Assembly (NCBI GenBank): GCA_029864565.1 | Contig: JAOTTD010000001.1 | Span: 66,232 to 130,231, forward strand | DNA length: 64,000 nucleotides | Origin: Thermoplasmata archaeon | GTDB lineage: Archaea; Thermoplasmatota; Thermoplasmata; UBA10834 | Reading direction: 5' to 3' | Shown here: piece by piece, positions 63,349 to 64,000 of the stretch | Layout: each line of letters starts with the position of its first letter | Numbering within the stretch: position 1 is the stretch's first letter | The notes under the pieces: model-generated | Told to the model about the DNA's origin: nothing | What the model saw: only the letters and a program-made list of their open reading frames with translations | The model's database searches: none | Program-made: the position numbers and the translations under genes

Positions 63349-64000
63349 CGAGTTCCTCGGATTCACCTCCTCTGTCGCAATCGACAGCAGGCTGTGGCGC
63401 CACGATATAGCGGGCAGCCTGGCGCATGCCCAGTCACTAGCTGAGGCGGACATCATATCGAAAGGCGACATGGAGAAGATCGCAGAAGGGCTCAGGAGGA
63501 TCGCTGCGGACATAAGGTCTGGCAGATTCGAATTCGATCCGACCTTCGAGGATCTGCACATGAACCTCGAGCATTCGCTGACGGCGCTGATAGGCGACGC
63601 CGGCGCGAGGTTGCATACTGGCAGGAGCAGGAACGACCAGGTCGCTCTCGACATGAGACTTTACGTCCGGGAGGGCATAGCTGAACTGATCGGGGAGACG
63701 TTACAGCTCCAGGAGACGCTAATACGAAGATCGGGCGATGGCATGGACGCCATACTCCCGGGCTATACGCACCTCCAACACGGCCAGCCAGTGCTGCTGT
63801 CTCATCACCTCCTATCCCATTTCTGGAAGCTTCAGCGCGACATACAGAGATTCTCGGACTGCTATAAACGTACGAACCTGTCGCCTCTTGGATCCGGCGC
63901 ACTCGCCGGAACCGCGTTTCCGATAGAGAGGGCGACCGCGGCGAACTTGCTGCGCATGCGCGGGGTCACGGAGAATTCTTTGGACGCAGTCTCAGACAGG
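63305..64000 (+). CDS. argH: Argininosuccinate lyase, 3'-partial (runs off the window)
   Basis: The frame from ATG 63305 reads ...FTSSVAIDSRLWRHDIAGSLAHAQ...GRSRNDQVALDMRLY...GYTHLQHGQPV..., the fumarate-lyase signature. It overlaps argG by 44 nt. It is not in the ORF track because there is no stop inside the window. Confidence 0.85.
   Translation, partial: MKSRSKRNTRASASDEFLGFTSSVAIDSRLWRHDIAGSLAHAQSLAEADIISKGDMEKIAEGLRRIAADIRSGRFEFDPTFEDLHMNLEHSLTALIGDAGARLHTGRSRNDQVALDMRLYVREGIAELIGETLQLQETLIRRSGDGMDAILPGYTHLQHGQPVLLSHHLLSHFWKLQRDIQRFSDCYKRTNLSPLGSGALAGTAFPIERATAANLLRMRGVTENSLDAVSDR

Noticed and set aside
1-64000. Search for tRNA, rRNA, CRISPR arrays or mobile-element genes
   Set aside because: I found no ribosomal RNA-like stretches and no regularly spaced direct repeats. 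No transposase, integrase or recombinase-like ORFs are present. TTCGAAT-containing sites (e.g. 17031, 41243, 46590, 63537) lack the flanking T-stem complementarity of tRNAs. A covariance-model scan would be needed for certainty.

Overview
This 64 kb window is archaeal DNA at roughly 58-60% GC, with about 90% coding density. It carries TATA-binding protein, family-B DNA polymerase, ribosomal proteins L15e and L21e, RNA polymerase subunit Rpo4/F, aIF1A, Pus10, Rio1, a KH/Dim2-like protein and KsgA. I saw no rRNA, tRNA, CRISPR array, transposase or integrase.

The window splits into two parts. From 0 to 34 kb the content looks accessory:
- Secreted peptidases (two C11 clostripain-like, one 1036-aa S8 subtilase, two M28/PA peptidases, a PHP phosphoesterase) flank a five-gene Opp/Dpp-type peptide ABC importer.
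- An agmatine deiminase / N-carbamoylputrescine amidase pair (aguA-aguB) is present.
- An orphan DNA methyltransferase sits alone on its strand.
- There are two pyrrolysine-free homologues of methylamine methyltransferases, an MttB-family gene at 24.3 kb and a full-length MtmB homologue at 31.5-32.9 kb.

From 34 to 64 kb the content is mostly core:
- Metabolic genes: aldehyde:ferredoxin oxidoreductase, a methylmalonate-semialdehyde dehydrogenase with two class-III aminotransferases, and argG/argH.
- An ABC-2 exporter whose permease carries extracellular PKD-like repeats.
- Well-conserved archaeal information-processing clusters.

The MtmB homologue is the most interesting finding. It lies in an apparent operon, DDAH-like amidinohydrolase -> MtmB-like -> fused DppB/DppC-like permease, on the minus strand at 29.5-33.8 kb, and no corrinoid protein is visible anywhere in the window. 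Other points worth a second look:
- a 286-aa ThiI-like protein with a degenerate PP-loop;
- a 59-aa tautomerase gene missed by the ORF track;
- a 16-bp tandem duplication over the TBP stop codon;
- an AT-rich 340-bp intergenic island at 46.4-46.7 kb.

Many long ORFs in the track lie antisense to well-supported genes and I treated them as shadow ORFs typical of GC-rich DNA.
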